Source of the DNA: Bugula neritina
Taxonomy: Eukaryota; Animalia; Bryozoa
DNA: 64,000 nucleotides
Direction: 5' to 3'
Assembly (NCBI GenBank): GCA_964035545.1
Contig: OZ037770.1
Location: 2,418,001-2,482,000 of the forward strand
The position numbers were made by a program, and so were the translations under genes. Position 1 is the stretch's first letter. Each line of letters opens with the position of its first letter. The notes under the pieces were generated by a model, which was given only the letters and a program-made list of their open reading frames with translations, had not been told where the DNA came from and did not search any database. This document shows positions 1 through 15,500 of this stretch, piece by piece.

Positions 1-355
1 CGCACATAAAGAAGACAACTTAAACTACTGCAAAAAATGTTCTGTTCATTCAGTAACTGAGGGAAACACGGCTGAATAACAATTCTGTAAACTTCATTGA
101 AATGTGAGTTTTCAATTCAAGCGCAGGGGTAAAAAATCAGACAACTCCTAATGACTAACGGCAGCAGGGAAACAAAGAAGCTGACGTGATATAATCATGT
201 GATCAGTAACATTATATACCAAACTCAAAGCTCACTACCAAACATACTAGAGTAGTGATACAGAACACACGGTGCCTATTCTATTCTATGAAAGTTACTC
301 AGAACTTTTTAGAAATAAAATAACAGAAGGTATGAAGGCTACTCATAGCGACTAA

Positions 356-3300
356 CCTGTTAGCAGGAGACGGCAGAGCAGATGACCTTGAGATCTCAGG
401 CTTACTGCTAGCCGGGTGGGGTGGCTGTGAATTCGTACCGATAGAATTGTCACCTGATGTCTCCTCACCAGTTTCTTTCTGGTATACAAAGGCATATATT
501 TGCTATAGCCGTTATAAAAGTCAATTGAAACGAAAGCAAGAAAATAGTGCCAGGAAGTTTTACTTCGAATTTTTACAAAATGCATTGGGGAGACAAATCC
601 TCGCGGACTATACACTTAGCAGGTATCACATCGTACAGATAAATAGCAGTACGGAAAACTAGACTCACAATGACTGGCAAAAATGTCCACATGTAACTGT
701 AACTATCAAATTATGTCAGTCAATTACAAACAAACTACTTTTCTACAATCATCCTCGTGACGAAACACATAACGATAAATCTACAAACCCTGTGAGAGTC
801 TCTCCCCGGATTGACGATTTTATCGATAAATTCTTTTTTAGCCTTGACCTCTGCCTTTATCAAAGAGGGCGGTACAATGCTCGTCTCATCCTTAGCAGAG
901 TTGAAAGTGCGAGGTACTGAGGCTATGTTGCTGCTTGTAGTAGGCAATACCATGACTCCCAGCTTACTCATGCTCTTTGGTGCTGAAGGAACAAAACTAT
1001 GGCTACATAATTGACGATGATCATACACTAGAAGGAGTTTATATAATAATAATACTCGGCTGATAACTGATATATAAATATCATAAAAGGTCAAGGTCAG
1101 TTGCAAACTAGTTTCTAAATCAAACATAGATGAAAAAAATCAAACTAGAGTGTAGTTAGTGAGAAGAAGTGTTACCATTAAAAAATCAAAAATTAGACAA
1201 CAGATAAACAAATTTTAAAGTACTAAGTGAGAGAAACTCGAATCTATGTGTTTCATATATTACATGAATAAAAACAACTACTATGTTTTGACAACAGCAT
1301 TAGTTATTAGGTTGCCAGTATTTTAAAAGTAAAAACCTATTAGAAAATTAGCAATGAGTTTAGAGAGCAGCAGAACCCTATGTAAGCTGTTGAAGAACTT
1401 GAACAAATTCATTTTTCTCCTGTTATATAAAAAGAAATAAAAAAAATCTGAACAATTGTGGGAAAATTTTAAAAATTAGGATAATATTCAAATGAATTTA
1501 TATGAATAAACTTGATGAAACAATGAATGGCATTTTACTAGAAAAATATATTTTGTCCACTGTGAGGTTTTATCTCACAAATCCTTCCTGAATGATTAAA
1601 TTTAGCAAAAACTAACAAGTAAAACTTGGCATTCGCTTTATTGTGAGAAGTTTCGACCATTAAACGTGCATATGTTGGTCTGCTTCAACAGTTTCACCAA
1701 TTTCTCATCATATGCACATTCCATATATCAACTATAAAATCACCTGATTGTGCCGTGGAGTTATCTGCCTTAACAGGAGTAAGTTGAGCGTCTGGTGTGG
1801 TGGTGGCAGATTTCGGAGGTTGTCTCCCCTGCACGTCAGTGACCGCACTCTCCGGCTTGCCATCTGCTGGTAAACTGCTCCACACAGACAGGAAAACCTT
1901 AGGAGCTGACTCTACAGATAATATAAATTGAATCCTCATAGTAAAAGAATATCCAGAATCTGACTTAGCCGTATGAAGTGTTTAAATTTGCACATACAGC
2001 ACATAATTCTCAAAAGAATCAGCTCTAAAGTTGTTTTAAAAAATGTTTTAAAATGTAATTTCGACAAAAATCATGGAAGGGAAGATGTAGATTTAGGAAA
2101 ACTACATACAATATTATAAACGTTAAGGATGTTTACTATTTACTTACTAGCTGGCTTGATCTCAGGCTCTCTTACTGGAACACAGTCTATGCTTTGCTTT
2201 GAGGCTGAACTGCAATCACTCCTCAGTTGCAGGGAAGGTATTGGTGGCCCCTCACTGTGAGGTTTCTCTTCTTTGGTACTAGGGCTAACCGCTGAGAGCA
2301 GACAGTCTATGGTACTCGTGTCATCTCTACAATATGACACACTTGCTATCATCTGTCACTATGCATACTTGCTATCAGCTGTCACTATGACACACTTGCT
2401 ATCAGCTGTCACTATGACACACTTGCCATCAGCTGTCACTATGACAGGAAAAAGTGAAATGAATTGTAACAGCTAAAATAAGTAAATACTCTCCACTTAA
2501 CAGACACCTACTCTAACTTGTCAAGATCAGAAGAAGCAGACGACCTCTTCAACTTCCTGTCCCTGAGACACTGGTTGACTCTCTCCAACAACTCTGGCTG
2601 AGTGCTCGCTGAAATCAGGTGTTTACAGGAGAATAAAATGAAAGAATTACACTGCTATGTAACATAACACATCAGCTGTCTTGACATTGGAAAAACTTTG
2701 TAAACAGAAATAAAAATGATTACAAAGTTAGAAGCATTGGTTCAATGTGCATAGACATATCTTCTGGGATGATACCACAACTCCAAATTGCTCAAATATG
2801 TAACATTCTCTGACGCTACCTTAAAACAGCCCCCGAGATGCCACAGGACACCCAGGAGTAACGTAAAAAGCTGCAGCAGGGTTTCCAAAAGTTCTACTCG
2901 TATTTTTTGTAAGACGAGAAATATTGGACCCACCAGAAGCTTTAATAGACATGAGAATATCTTCCATCTGGTTAATATAGTTGCTGCTGCGAGAGATCTT
3001 TGGTAGCGACTTCCTGACTTCATTGGCTTGAAGGATAGCTTCTTCAGCTCTGCGTCTGTCAGCCATATTGCTGCCTTTGCATCGCTTACTCTCTATAAAA
3101 CAAGTTATAATAACTTACTTATTAAAACAAGCTATAATAACTCCAAACACCTGTACGGTATACACAGCACATTAGCAAATGTCAAACAAATTCCAACTGT
3201 CAAATATTATAAAAACAAAAACAGCAACTACTGCATTTTGACAACAGCTTTGAGTTGCAGATAAAAACATTAAGAAATGGGCAACTTTGAGCTAAAATAA

Positions 3301-6226
3301 TTGATTGATTCAAAAAATTTTAAAGACGAATCTCACCATTCTGGTGGCGAGGTGACATCAGCTTGCTCTTCTCTGTTCCGACAGGCTTCTGGAGAACATG
3401 TTCCCCTCCTCCGCATTTCTTCACGACATTAGTCCGCCCCTGAGCAATCTTGAGAGGATACTTCTTACAGCTGACCTCCGGCTTAGAGCCACCCAGTCTA
3501 TCTGTGTGAGGCACATTCATCTTTTGTCTCACTTTAGACTTCTTGGAGCCCTTGGACATTTTATTTTCAATCTTACGGTTGTTCAAGGCTTCGATGGCTT
3601 GATGATGCTGATCGGCATCACTTTGGTGCGCACCAATCACCTGAGACCAGAGCTGCACCATCTTGTTGGTAGGTGCCAGGGACTCGTACTGTACGGCAGT
3701 CGGAGACGTGCAGCTATCAGACTCGGTCCACCGCGCGGAGTCGTTTGTCCGCAAAGTCGTGTTGGGAGTAAAACTCAGGTTCGTTGAGTGGAACTGGGAG
3801 GAAACCGGTCTGCTTTCTACAGAGTTGAAAGTGTTGGCACGAGATAGACGAGGGCTCTTCACTGTGCATTGGCCACCCCGAGGACTGAAAACCTTTGATT
3901 TCACGACATTCCATCGGCCACTTCTGCTTGACCTTGGCTGATCTGCGTCGAATCCCCTGTTAGGGAAAGACCTCATTGACTCTGGTCTCTTAGACCAGCT
4001 GGCAGGACGGTTCTTAGAGCAGGTTACAGCAGAGTTCATCTCCACATTCCCAGTTTCTTGCAGCTGCTTTGAGTGCCAGAAGTCAAACAGCTTCCCCACT
4101 TGGAAAGGTTCAGGTGTAGAAGTACCAGAGCGTTTCGCACCACCAGGTTTACCACTTGCGTAGCCAGCCACCTCAACCAGTGGGTCTTGAGCTGGCTCAG
4201 CCACCGGTGTCTGCTCAGCTTTACGACCACCAAACTTGAAACACCTGACCTGCTCCACAACTGAAGGTCGGTCGGAGATATTGTGAAGTGCCGAGCTGTG
4301 TGAGGTGTTAGGAACGCTGACAAGACTGTCATCTGTAGTGTACGGGTCGACTGCCTCCCTTCTACTCGCCATGGCGGACTCTAAGTCAGCAAACCGCTTG
4401 ACAGGTCTGAACCCTCTTCCCTTCCACTGAGGAGGGTTGGCAGTCCACACCGGAGGTACGAAGGTTGGCGGAACAGGAACCGTGTCTCTCACAGGAGGTC
4501 GACTGCTAACGGGCTGTCTTGGAAGTAAACTAGTAAAATTTGAATCACTGTTGGGCAACCGTGCAGTGACAGAATATTTTTCGAATGGTTTAAAAGTTTG
4601 AATGGCTCTATCCACGAGGGTGACAGAGCCGGCCGTTCTCTCCAGTATCCACTCCTTGCAGGCAGCAATGCTGTCAGCACTTTGAGGACTTGTCTGACTG
4701 GACTTGGTGACACCAGATGTGATGTCACCACTCTTCATCAGAAATTCCTCCGTCTGCAAAGTGACATGAGGAATCAGTATAAACTTGATGCGAGATATTT
4801 TACAGAATTGACAACTGATTCACTACGAAGAGCAAGTTCATTGAGCCAATAAAATGCTGTAAAACTCGAAAGCAATAAATAAAACCTCTCAAGTTGAAAA
4901 GTTTAAGAAAATTTCGCCAGCAGTTCTGGTGTGTGGTTATAGTAAACATCAATGACATTTAAACTTTACAAGGTATTAACTAAATATTATTAAATACTTG
5001 AGTAGCCTGAGTGTTCAGAGTGAATGACACTGGCGTGACGGGGCGTCTACACAGACTGATGGATTCACTGCAAGATGGAGGATCAAACCCTTCAAAAAGT
5101 TGCCTGAGAGTTTTAATGTCCGTGGGCTGAGGAGACGTAGGAGTAGGTGGAGAGGACAACTCATGTGCTGGAGAACCAACTGGTGATCCCATCTAAAACA
5201 TTTCTTCTATAAATAATTGCTGCTCCATTTTAGAGTACTTTTAAATAAAAAAGTATACGCAAAATCAAAACAGGCTTTGAACTCACGGGTGAGATGGCAT
5301 TGTTTAGTTTGTCGAAATTCACACCAGGCATTTCATTCAAGGATGTCACTTCTGCATCTGTGTGAAAAGTTAAATTCAATATAAAAATTATTATTGTAGA
5401 ATAAAAGTATATATTAAAATATAATTTAATACACAGTATAATCTATTAAATAATGTAAGTTGCAATAGCATAATAAAAAATTAAATTTAATCATGAGTTA
5501 TGACAAGTGGTAAAACTGAAAAAACTTAGAAATAATATATGTTTGAATAAATAGAAATTAAATTTATATATCTTTGTTATCAACGCAACAATTAATTAGT
5601 TAAAAAACTGTTACTACAATGCATTATGGGCAACTTTATAAAAAACCAAGTATTGACATGCATATCAAAATAAACACCTTTTGCTCACCGATTTGAATGT
5701 TTGAAAGAGTAGGCTGGTGATCAATTACGAGTGACATACAAGCCGAGTCGGATGCCGAGTTGAGGCAGCACGTATCTTGATTGATAGAAGCATCTCCTGC
5801 GGCATCATTGCAAACATTTTTAGCTGAGCCTTGCGACACGGCAGTAGATGAAAACTCCGCCCTAAAATCAGAGAAAAATGTGATGCCAGTAAAAGATAAA
5901 TACAGCGAGAAAGAAAAATTTCTGCAGCAAAATAGGAATAATTATTTACCAAGCTGACAAAAAACAAATTTACTGCCATAAAGAGTAAAACTTGATGCAT
6001 AGAAAGAGAAAATTTAACTTAAATTAACTTACATGCTACTACTATTAGCTGTGTACATTGAAGTTGATCTGGAAGATGAACCACACAAAGGAGGCGTGAG
6101 ATGACAATTGAAGAAGTCTCCAGCACCTAAACTCGAGTTCAAAACTGCTTCTTTCTCAAGTTCAGAAGTTTTACTTTTACTTTTAGTATCAGAGCACAGT
6201 GCGCAATGAATTGAATTATAATCCAT
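356..6226 (-). CDS. Multi-exon uncharacterised Ser/Pro-rich, largely low-complexity protein; 3' end lies outside the window
   Basis: GT-AG exons that mostly join in frame: ~6033-6226, 5689-5861, 5287-5357, ~4998-5192, 3337-4753 (large exon, 479-aa ORF), ~2934-3092, ~2517-2608, ~2147-2326, ~1743-1913, ~789-1027, ~356-453. No domain recognised; some boundaries approximate. Confidence 0.7.
2334..2446. repeat. 27-bp minisatellite (atgacacacttgctatcagctgtcact), ~4 copies
   Basis: Units start at 2334, 2361, 2387, 2414, 2441; begins a few bp from the acceptor of the exon starting at 2326 (-). Confidence 0.9.
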
Positions 6227-6562
6227 TCATAACCTTCATCACTGCACCTAATTTTTAAATTACTAGGACGTTGCGTTATTTACTCAGTGAATAACGCAAT
6301 GTATTGACTAATGTCAGCATATGAACTTTACCTCCAAAACTAAAGCATTGTGCATTAAGTCACAGCATAACGCTAAACATATTGTCAAAAATACCAACAA
6401 TCAGAATTAATATAATCATTATTTATTTATGTTTCAGTAAATTCCGATAATAATGAAAAGGAAATAAAAAACGTAGAATTCATTTAATAAAACTTCACTG
6501 TATTTTATGAAATTATCAAAATAGAACGATCAAAATGAGTCTATATTATTGTAACTTGTTTA

Positions 6563-9500
6563 CTAGGCTGTAGCAAAACCTTCGGATTTCTTCAAGGTAA
6601 AAGCCAGTTGCTTAACTTTATCTAGCGAGTCCAGCAAACGCTCATCGTCAGCTGGAATATTGCCTTTCACTTGCTGAATAATAAGATCTAAACGTAAAAA
6701 ACATACAGTTCATAGAGTAACAACGCAATTACCTTTTTTTTCCAATTGATGACAAAAGATTTTAAATCATCAACAACTTTCGTAAATAAAAAAATAACAA
6801 TGCAGCTCAAACTAATTTAGTACAGACTAGACATATCTATTTTTATATATTTTTCTCAATTTAGCTGTTTAAACTAATAAAATGGTGACAAATACAACTA
6901 AATAATCAAAGTTTTTTCTAATTTTGCTTGATGTTCTATGTTTTTGCTAAACTTTTTTAGCAAATTGGGATATGAAGACTATGAAATTTTATTCATCATG
7001 GTCCGAATACATGCATATATTTAGCTCATATGGCAATGACGCTGCACTTTAATGTTGCAGGCCCTCCCAGCCTTATTTTACTATGCATATTAAAAATTAG
7101 CCATAAAATTACCCCACATAATAAATGTTCATGAATTTTGAGAAAACTTTAAGTTTCAGTCCTAGCTTGCTGATGCGTACTAAAAAAAGTAAAATGACTC
7201 AATACCCTTCAGGCCACTGAACTCTAACCTTGGCAGGTGAAGATGAGGTCGTAGTTGTCAGCTGACAGGTGCGGCTGCATGTACTTGACTATTTGAGGAA
7301 TCATCCGCCCTGAGCAGTGAAGCATAGACTGAGTGACAACTCCAAACAGCACGACTACACACTGGTGGAACACAGTGGCAGCATCACTGGTACCGTCAGC
7401 GTTCTCAGACTTGAGCTGCTCTATCAAAGTCATTCTATGGTTGAACTGTATTTGCCTAAAATATAGTCAATAAAGTAAACTAATCAACACGAGAATGCAC
7501 ACTGCAGGGCAAAACAGCTGATTGTAAGTATTGAAATTTTGTTAAAAGTCAAAAAATGATTCTTTAAATATCTTAATAAAAGTATCCGCATTTAATAGAA
7601 AATTAAAAAGTTGTTTTTATAACTTTAATTGAGAGGCATGTTTAGATTCTTCTAGTAATATATAGCCTCACAAACTGCAAGAACAAGTGTGGTGTCTTTA
7701 GTCTATATGATAAATCAAAACCAGATTATGAAATTCCTTACCGAATTTCCAACAGTGCCAGATTTTTACAAATAAAGGGTGAGTAATCACCCCTCCCCAC
7801 CCGAAGAGGATAAACTAAGTGAACAAGGTAAACTAGTGTCAGTTACCTGTCTCTTTTCTTATCTGACTTTTTCAACAATATCCCTATGTGTTTGGGAGAG
7901 AGAAGGGTTAGTAGCGCCTCGTCAAACGCTTCTAGACTCTACAAAAAACACGGGCTATAAACAGCTATAAAAGCGACAGATTAGTTCTCTAGTCTCAAAG
8001 TGCTAACTTAAAACCCTCAACTCTAAACTACTGCACTCAGTCACCCCCAACTCGGAGCAGCTAATAGAATAATTCTTACACAGCCAACTCAATTTAGTAG
8101 ATAACTACAAATATATTATGTTTTCTTATGCATTAATAATATATAGTATACTGATACTATAAGATAATAATAGACTGAGAAGATCTGAACCACTCACCTT
8201 CCCATTGAGGGACGTATGAACTTTCCCCGTCACGTCTTTAACAGAATCTGGTAGGTTTGATATTATCTTGGCTCGACCCTAAAATTCCTCAACAAATAAA
8301 AAACAGCAGTGAATATGAAAAGAGCTGTAAACTACACGAGTAAGATAGGTTAACACTAACCTCTAAAGTATCGAATGCACCGTCAGGTATTGTTACCATG
8401 TGGTCGGCTGCTAGAGAGGTCAATGTGGCATTGAAGAGCTCAGAGCAGAGTGTTTTGAGAAGGTACTTGGCTAAGTTGGTCTGCAGTTCCTCGTCATCTA
8501 CAGAGTATACACATAGTGTACTCTTTGCTCAGCTATGTTATCATGGAGAGGAAATCAATGTTATTAAAAAATTAATATAATTTTTACTGTAATCAGATTA
8601 AATAACATTTCAATCTCTCCTCATTCAATTTATTTTACACATATTTCAGTGTTAGTCATCTATCTGGGTGATGGCATGATTACACTCGTATTACCAAAAT
8701 TTCTTAATCTGATTTTAAATCATAAATATAGTAGTTGTTTACTCTTGGGATTTTGAAAAAAATTGGAAAAGCAACTCCCAATGAAATAAAAACGCAAGCT
8801 GTCAGCACACATTGGAAAATAAAATACATTATATAACTAATTTGCTTTTGTAGTTTTAAAAAAATTGAAAAGATATTTCAAAACAATAGAAAAGGCAACT
8901 CCCGGTACAATTGAAACACGACCTGTACCTGCTATCAGTTTGACGGACTTCTCAAACAGCTTGATGTTGCTGTACAGAGCGTTCACCTTCTCCTCCAGCT
9001 CTGCCTGCTGTTTCCTCTTGTTAACGCCCCCTGGTGTGACGGCAGACGACTCCATAAAGAGACTCTTGGCTACCTCTTGATACTTGTTTCTCAACGGCCT
9101 GTCAGAATTCACATGAGGAGATAATTTCACAACAACTCAGAGAGCTGGGGAGACTAGAGTTCAAAGTTCATGGCGACTCATTCGATATATCATGTCATTA
9201 GGGTAAGTTCACTTTATCATGTACACACAGCATTTTGGTCTAGTTTATGAAATTATAGTTGCTAATGTAATTGCTTTGTTGCCTAAATCTAATGATTTGT
9301 TAACCAATATAATTAAATAAAAAAATATTATTGTTTCTATTGCCAATAATTTATTAAATTACTAGTTAAAATACAAAGGTCTTCAAGATGATTCTTACAT
9401 CATGTATGTTGACTGTTGTGTTATATTTACTTCTCAAAAGTGCAAGCAATTCTCTCTAATTTTGTAAAATAAATTTAATATTACACATATAGTACAGCTT

Positions 9501-12500
9501 TCACTAGACGTATTTAATTTCAGCATAAAAATACTATATTTTTATGTCAAGTTTGGTATTGAATAAAGTAAATTTGTTCCAAATAGCCAATTCTAGTCTA
9601 AACTACATAGCAAAGAGGAATATTATAATAACATATTAACTGAACATATAATATACTATAATAACTGCAGAAAATACAACTGACCTCTCTAGCCTAGCAG
9701 CGATCTCTTCACACATGACGCCGGAGCAGTCCTTCAGTTGAGGTAACTTCTCAATGACCTCTACAATCTCCGGTAGTCTGAGAAACACCAGAGTCTGAAA
9801 GAAGAAGATCGGGACTACAAGCTAGCCTGACAACAAGCCGACAGAATGAAACAGTAAGCAAGTTTCAGACGGACCTTAGATGTCGCGGCTACAGGGGGCG
9901 TGTCCTCGTCATCGCTATCTTTATTAGCTCCGCCTCTTCCCTTGAACTTATTCTTGACGGCTTTAGAGCGAACCTCTCTGCCCTGAGTACCGCCACCCGA
10001 CTTCGATGTAGCTAACAACACAGACCACAGGCTAGTATTTGCTAACAGAACACAGGCTAGTAGTTGCTAACAGAACACAGACTAGTATTAGGTAACAGAA
10101 CACAGGCTAGTATTGGGTAACAGAACACCCTGACATAGCGAAGGACCAAAGAGTCACGTACCTGCAGCCTTCTTCTTCCTCTCCTCCTTCCTAGACTGAG
10201 ATTCATCTCCCGTGGCACCCATCAATGACCTCTTATCGGACAAGTCAGCAAACATACTAGAGTTCATCTTCATATCCTGTGGAGAGAACAACTCCAGTCA
10301 TTCAAATATATCTAATGCTTTCTAAGGAATTGTACGTAAGGAAACTTACTGCAATTTTTCCTAATTAAACAAACTAGAAAAAATAGGTTCAGCCGTGTGA
10401 TACAAGGAGACACAACTCTATATTGACTAGTTAGTATAATATATAACCATTATAATATAATTAGGCTTGTCTAATATATATATATAACTAAAAATATCCA
10501 TCCTTCATACTAAAACACACTTCTAGTAGAATTGTTAAGGTCATTACAACACCAATTAATATTATTCATCAGCTCACAACTTATAGTACTCAGTATTTCC
10601 ATGTACAATAAATGGTATGACAACTCTAAAGGATATATCCACTACCAGCTGACTCAATACAAAGTATAGAAGGACAATAGAGAGAGACATGACCTGCTGT
10701 TATTCACCCCTCCCCCACCCCCCCCCCTCCCCCCGGGATACACTTTCATTTACTTTATAAGTTTAAACTAACTTTTTCACTACACTTATCTTTATATTGA
10801 GCAGATTATACTAGGAGTATTTTCTGTAAATTACAAGTTCTTAATAATTAAGTAGCAAAAGAAATGCAAAACAATACAAAACTGAATTCAATTAGTTGAA
10901 AGTTGCGAAAACTAAACTGTATAATATATTAGAATAGAGTATTATTGAGAATCATAGCAAAATAATTAGAGTTGGAAGGCAAACATACAGCAAAGTGCTC
11001 AAGTCTCATCTCTTAATACCAGGAGTAAAGTTGGCAGTAGCTTTATGTGTAAAATAGCCACACAAGAGTAGAATATCTAAACTACTGTCAGTATACACTG
11101 CACTATGACAACCTACTATATTACACAATAATCAAGCCATTTCAACGTGTGAAGTTATTTTGTTAAATGGAAAACAATAAGTTTTAAAAATAAATTCAAC
11201 AAGTTTTTTTTATGATAAACTAAAGACACTTGAGTTTAAATCATTTGAAACATATTTAAAAAGTTTGCTTTGAGGAAACTCTTTAGTTTACCATCAGAAT
11301 ATCACAACCACTATACATGTAGCATGCATAACCTGTCTGCTAAGATGAGACAACTCTGCCACGACTCAGTAAACATTCGACTCTATACCCAAACACAGAG
11401 GAGTGTTTTACTCTCACCTTGCGAGCCTTCTCATCCATGATCTCCTCAAACGGTGCAGCACATTTGTTGATGAACCCCTGGGTAGTGATGATGGTGTCGC
11501 ACAGCACTATAGCCTGTTTGTGAGACTTTACAACCATCTGCACAAGCTGGGCGCCGTCCAGCGGTGACACAACAGACGGCAAAACAGTCTACAATTGAAG
11601 ACAGAAAGTTAAGTCTAAAAGGAGATTAAAAAAGCTAAAAAGTAAGAGGTGTGAAGTAAAGAAGTGCATTATTAGACAAGAAATTTTGAAAAAAAAACAG
11701 AAAGTACATTAAAACAGTAGAAGAAACAATGAACAGAATATCATTCTACACTAATAGACGCTAAAAAAATACTTAGAATAAACTGAAAACGGCTAAAACA
11801 GTCTAAGCTTGTTTTAGGTTTTGAAATAAAACTTCAACAAATATCATAATTATTTTTACGAGTTAAGCAGCCATTTTGTAAAATGTTGGATACAACTATA
11901 ACATTTTCCGAGTTTGCTTATAAGCTATAAACAAATTTGTTGAGCATTTAGCAATTAGCATTTCGGCATAATATAATATTCATCTGTTTTTATCAACAGT
12001 TTAAAAAATATGTTGGTTCAAATACAACGAAAATAGCCAAGTTCTTTTACAAGCTTTTAGCCAAGGGTTTGAGGGGACACTGTCGCCCCCCTCCCCCTCC
12101 TTTAAGTTAGCAGAACTCACCATGGCGTCTACAAAGCTGTCGGCAGCCAGACATTCCTCGACAGCGACAGCAAGGGACTCCAGGCAGCTCTCGGAGACGC
12201 AGCAGGCGTTGAGCATGATGGCATTCTTGTACAACTTCCTGATATACTGCTTAGCGTCCGGCACACCCAGCCTGGTCACCGCATCATACTCTGTAACACA
12301 GGAACTCAGACTAAGTATGAGATGAGATAGATGAGACTAGGTAGCCTTAGCTCTCAGCAGAATCAGGGCCTAGCACGGGCAACAGTAAGTGATAAATTAA
12401 ATATAAAAATGTATCATTAATACTGAGAAAAACACTCGAGTTTGTTTAAATATGTTGCAAGAACCTCTCAAGGTGAAAGTATGGAGTGGAATAAAAAGTA

Positions 12501-15500
12501 AAATGATTTTTAGGACTTCTGCAGCTAACAGTATAACCAGCAGCTAAGCCGGGATTCAAACCTACGACAGGCCAACACTCTAACTACTGGACCAAGGCTG
12601 CTCCCAGTCATAATGAGGAACTATTATATCATTAGCTCTCATATAATAGCTACATATATAATCACTAAAATAATAACTAAATATATTATTACTTTTTTAT
12701 ACTATTATTAGCACCTTTTATACCATTATAATATAACATATCAGCTCACTTATCTTACAGAACACATTGTGAAGTGTATTACACACTACTCTTAGCCTAG
12801 GGCCATACGGTGCGTATTTTCGCATGCGAAAATTGAAATCACAAGTAGCAAGGTGTCCACTGTACGCGTTGAGAAAACATTCGCACTTGTCGCTCAGCAT
12901 TCTCAACGCAAGTGCGAATCGTCTCTGTCATCGTCACCTAATTGGCTGGTAGTTATTTAGCGAGCCCAATTTCTTTATTTTAGTGTTACATTCCAGTAAA
13001 TTGCGTTTTATTGAAAGCGAGTGCGATTTAAAAATGAAAGCATTATTTATCACGCATCACTGACGCTACAGTGGACACCTTTGCTACTTGTGATTTCAAT
13101 CTTCGCATGCAAAAATACGCACCGTGTGGCCTTAGGCTTACTATTACTACTATTAGTTGTGGTCACAGTTTTCGTACTATTAGTATTACTATTACTTAGA
13201 GTTACAGTACTACTACTATTACTTAGAGTCACCAGTACTAGTACTACTAGTAAGAGTCACCAGTACTACTACTACTAGTTAGAGTCACCAGTACTAGTAC
13301 TACTAGTAAGAGTCACCAGTACTAGTACTACTAGTAAGAGTCACCAGTACTAGTACTACTAGTAAGAGTCACCAGTACTAGTACTACTAGTAAGAGTCAC
13401 CAGTACTAGTACTACTAGTAAGAGTCACCAGTACTAGTACTACTAGTAAGAGTCACCAGTACTACTACTACTAGTACTACTAGTAAGAGTCACCAGTACT
13501 AGTACTACTAGTAAGAGTCACCAGTACTAGTACTACTAGTAAGAGTCACCAGTACTAGTACTACTAGTAAGAGTCACCAGTACTAGTACTACTAGTAAGA
13601 GTCACCAGTACTAGTACTACTAGTAAGAGTCACCAGTACTAGTACTACTAGTAAGAGTCACCAGTACTAGTACTACTAGTAAGAGTCACCAGTACTACTA
13701 CTACTAGTACTACTAGTAAGAGTCACCAGTACTAGTCTTACTAGTAAGAGTCACCAGTACTAGTACTACTAGTAAGAGTCACCAGTACTAGTACTACTAG
13801 TAAGAGTCACCAGTACTACTACTACTAGTACTACTAGTAAGAGTCACCAGTACTAGTACTACTAGTAAGAGTCACCAGTACTATTACTATTAGTTATAGT
13901 CACCAGTACTACTACTACTAGTAAGAGTCACCAGTGCTGTACCGAGATAGGAATTCTGAGTGTAGAAGTTTTTCACCCAATCAGACTGAGCTGCTAAATA
14001 GACATCTGGAGTGTATGTAGTCTTGTTTCCACTGAGGGAACCTCTAAGTCTATGGCTGGCTATCAGCTCACTCAGTAAATCTGTTGAAAGTAGAGAGACA
14101 CAAGGGCTATGGCAAAGCAATGATGGGTATAAACTAGTTGTAATGAATATGACTGAAAATTTAGCAGACAAATTATGCATTTATCTCCAAAACTGTAACT
14201 CAATTTCAGCTATGAATTGAGGGTAAAGGTATCTGACCTTTGAACTGTATGACATCAGATGACTTAAAAGATTTACTGGCGGACTATGCATATATTAAAT
14301 AAAAATGAGGACATTTTCAAAGTAAAATCAGCACAAAACGCAATGGCATTTGAAACAATGCAAGAGAATTTGAATTTAAATAAAACCTAAATTTGGAAAA
14401 AATTGAATAAAAGTTTGTTTATTAATTTCCAATTTTATTGGGTCAGCCTTCAATTTTGAAGAGAAAAATATTTCTTTTAGAACTCTGAGGTTTCGATTTG
14501 AACTCATTCAATCAAAACACATTCAGGAGTTGTGTGACCCTGCAAAGTGTGGGTCTCTATGAATGAAGACTGTGACAATATACATTGAAGTTGTCTGCAC
14601 ATTGACAAGTGAGCACCATTTGCTCAGGTGAAGTCATAAAAACTATTTAGACCGAGTTCCAGAGTAATAAGTGCACTAGTGGTAGGGTAGGTGTTGTAAG
14701 CCACAGTAAAGGTACAGTAGAATACAAAGATCTGAGGCTATACTTACTGTAAAACACCTGCTCTGGGAAGGCGTACTTGTTGATGATGGCAGTGACAGAG
14801 GTGGGTCTGCAAACAGAGGAGTAGAGAGAGAGTGAGTGGATATACTGGATACAGGAACATATACTGAGCTAATGAGAGATTAAATATGTTATGTGAGGTT
14901 GTGTAATACAAGAGAGGGGTATCTTGGGACAAATATCAAGACAACAAACAAAATTTTAAAAACTTGAAATCACTTGTTACAATTTATTGACAAAGTGTAC
15001 AAAAATGGAATAATTATTTCACAGTCTAGACTCTAGAGTGCACACAGTATAAAATATACAGTGTAAACCCCTGCAGTCGGTGAGGGGAAACCCAATCAGT
15101 AAGGGGAAACCCAATCAGTAAAGGGAAACCCACTCAGTAAAGGAAATCCCAGCCAGCAAAAGGAATCCCAGTCAGTAGAGAAACAAACCCACCTGGTGAG
15201 AGCAGAGAAGATACCTCTAATTCTAGCCTTATGTCGACTGAGGTAAGCGTCGGTGTAAAGTACATCGGTGTTTGAGGGGTTCACCTTACCAAATACTAGG
15301 GTACCGAGTCTACTCCCCACTTCCTGCCAACAAGTATCACGGAAATCAAATGACAGTGTAATGTATCACGTATTTGAATGAATTTAGCATCATCTCTTAG
15401 CAACCAACAAACATTTGAAAACCAATCAACATTATAGTAAGCAGTTCAGAGTTACCACACCACACCACACCACAGAGGGGAGGGAGGGGGTAGAGGACCC

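Noticed and set aside
2742-3023. Alternative ORFs and the apparent stop at 2821 in the left-hand gene
   Set aside because: A gtgggt donor at ~2933 joins in frame to the next exon, so the stop is probably intronic.
13225-13935. CRISPR-like appearance of regular repeats
   Set aside because: No unique spacers, no cas genes, eukaryotic intron.
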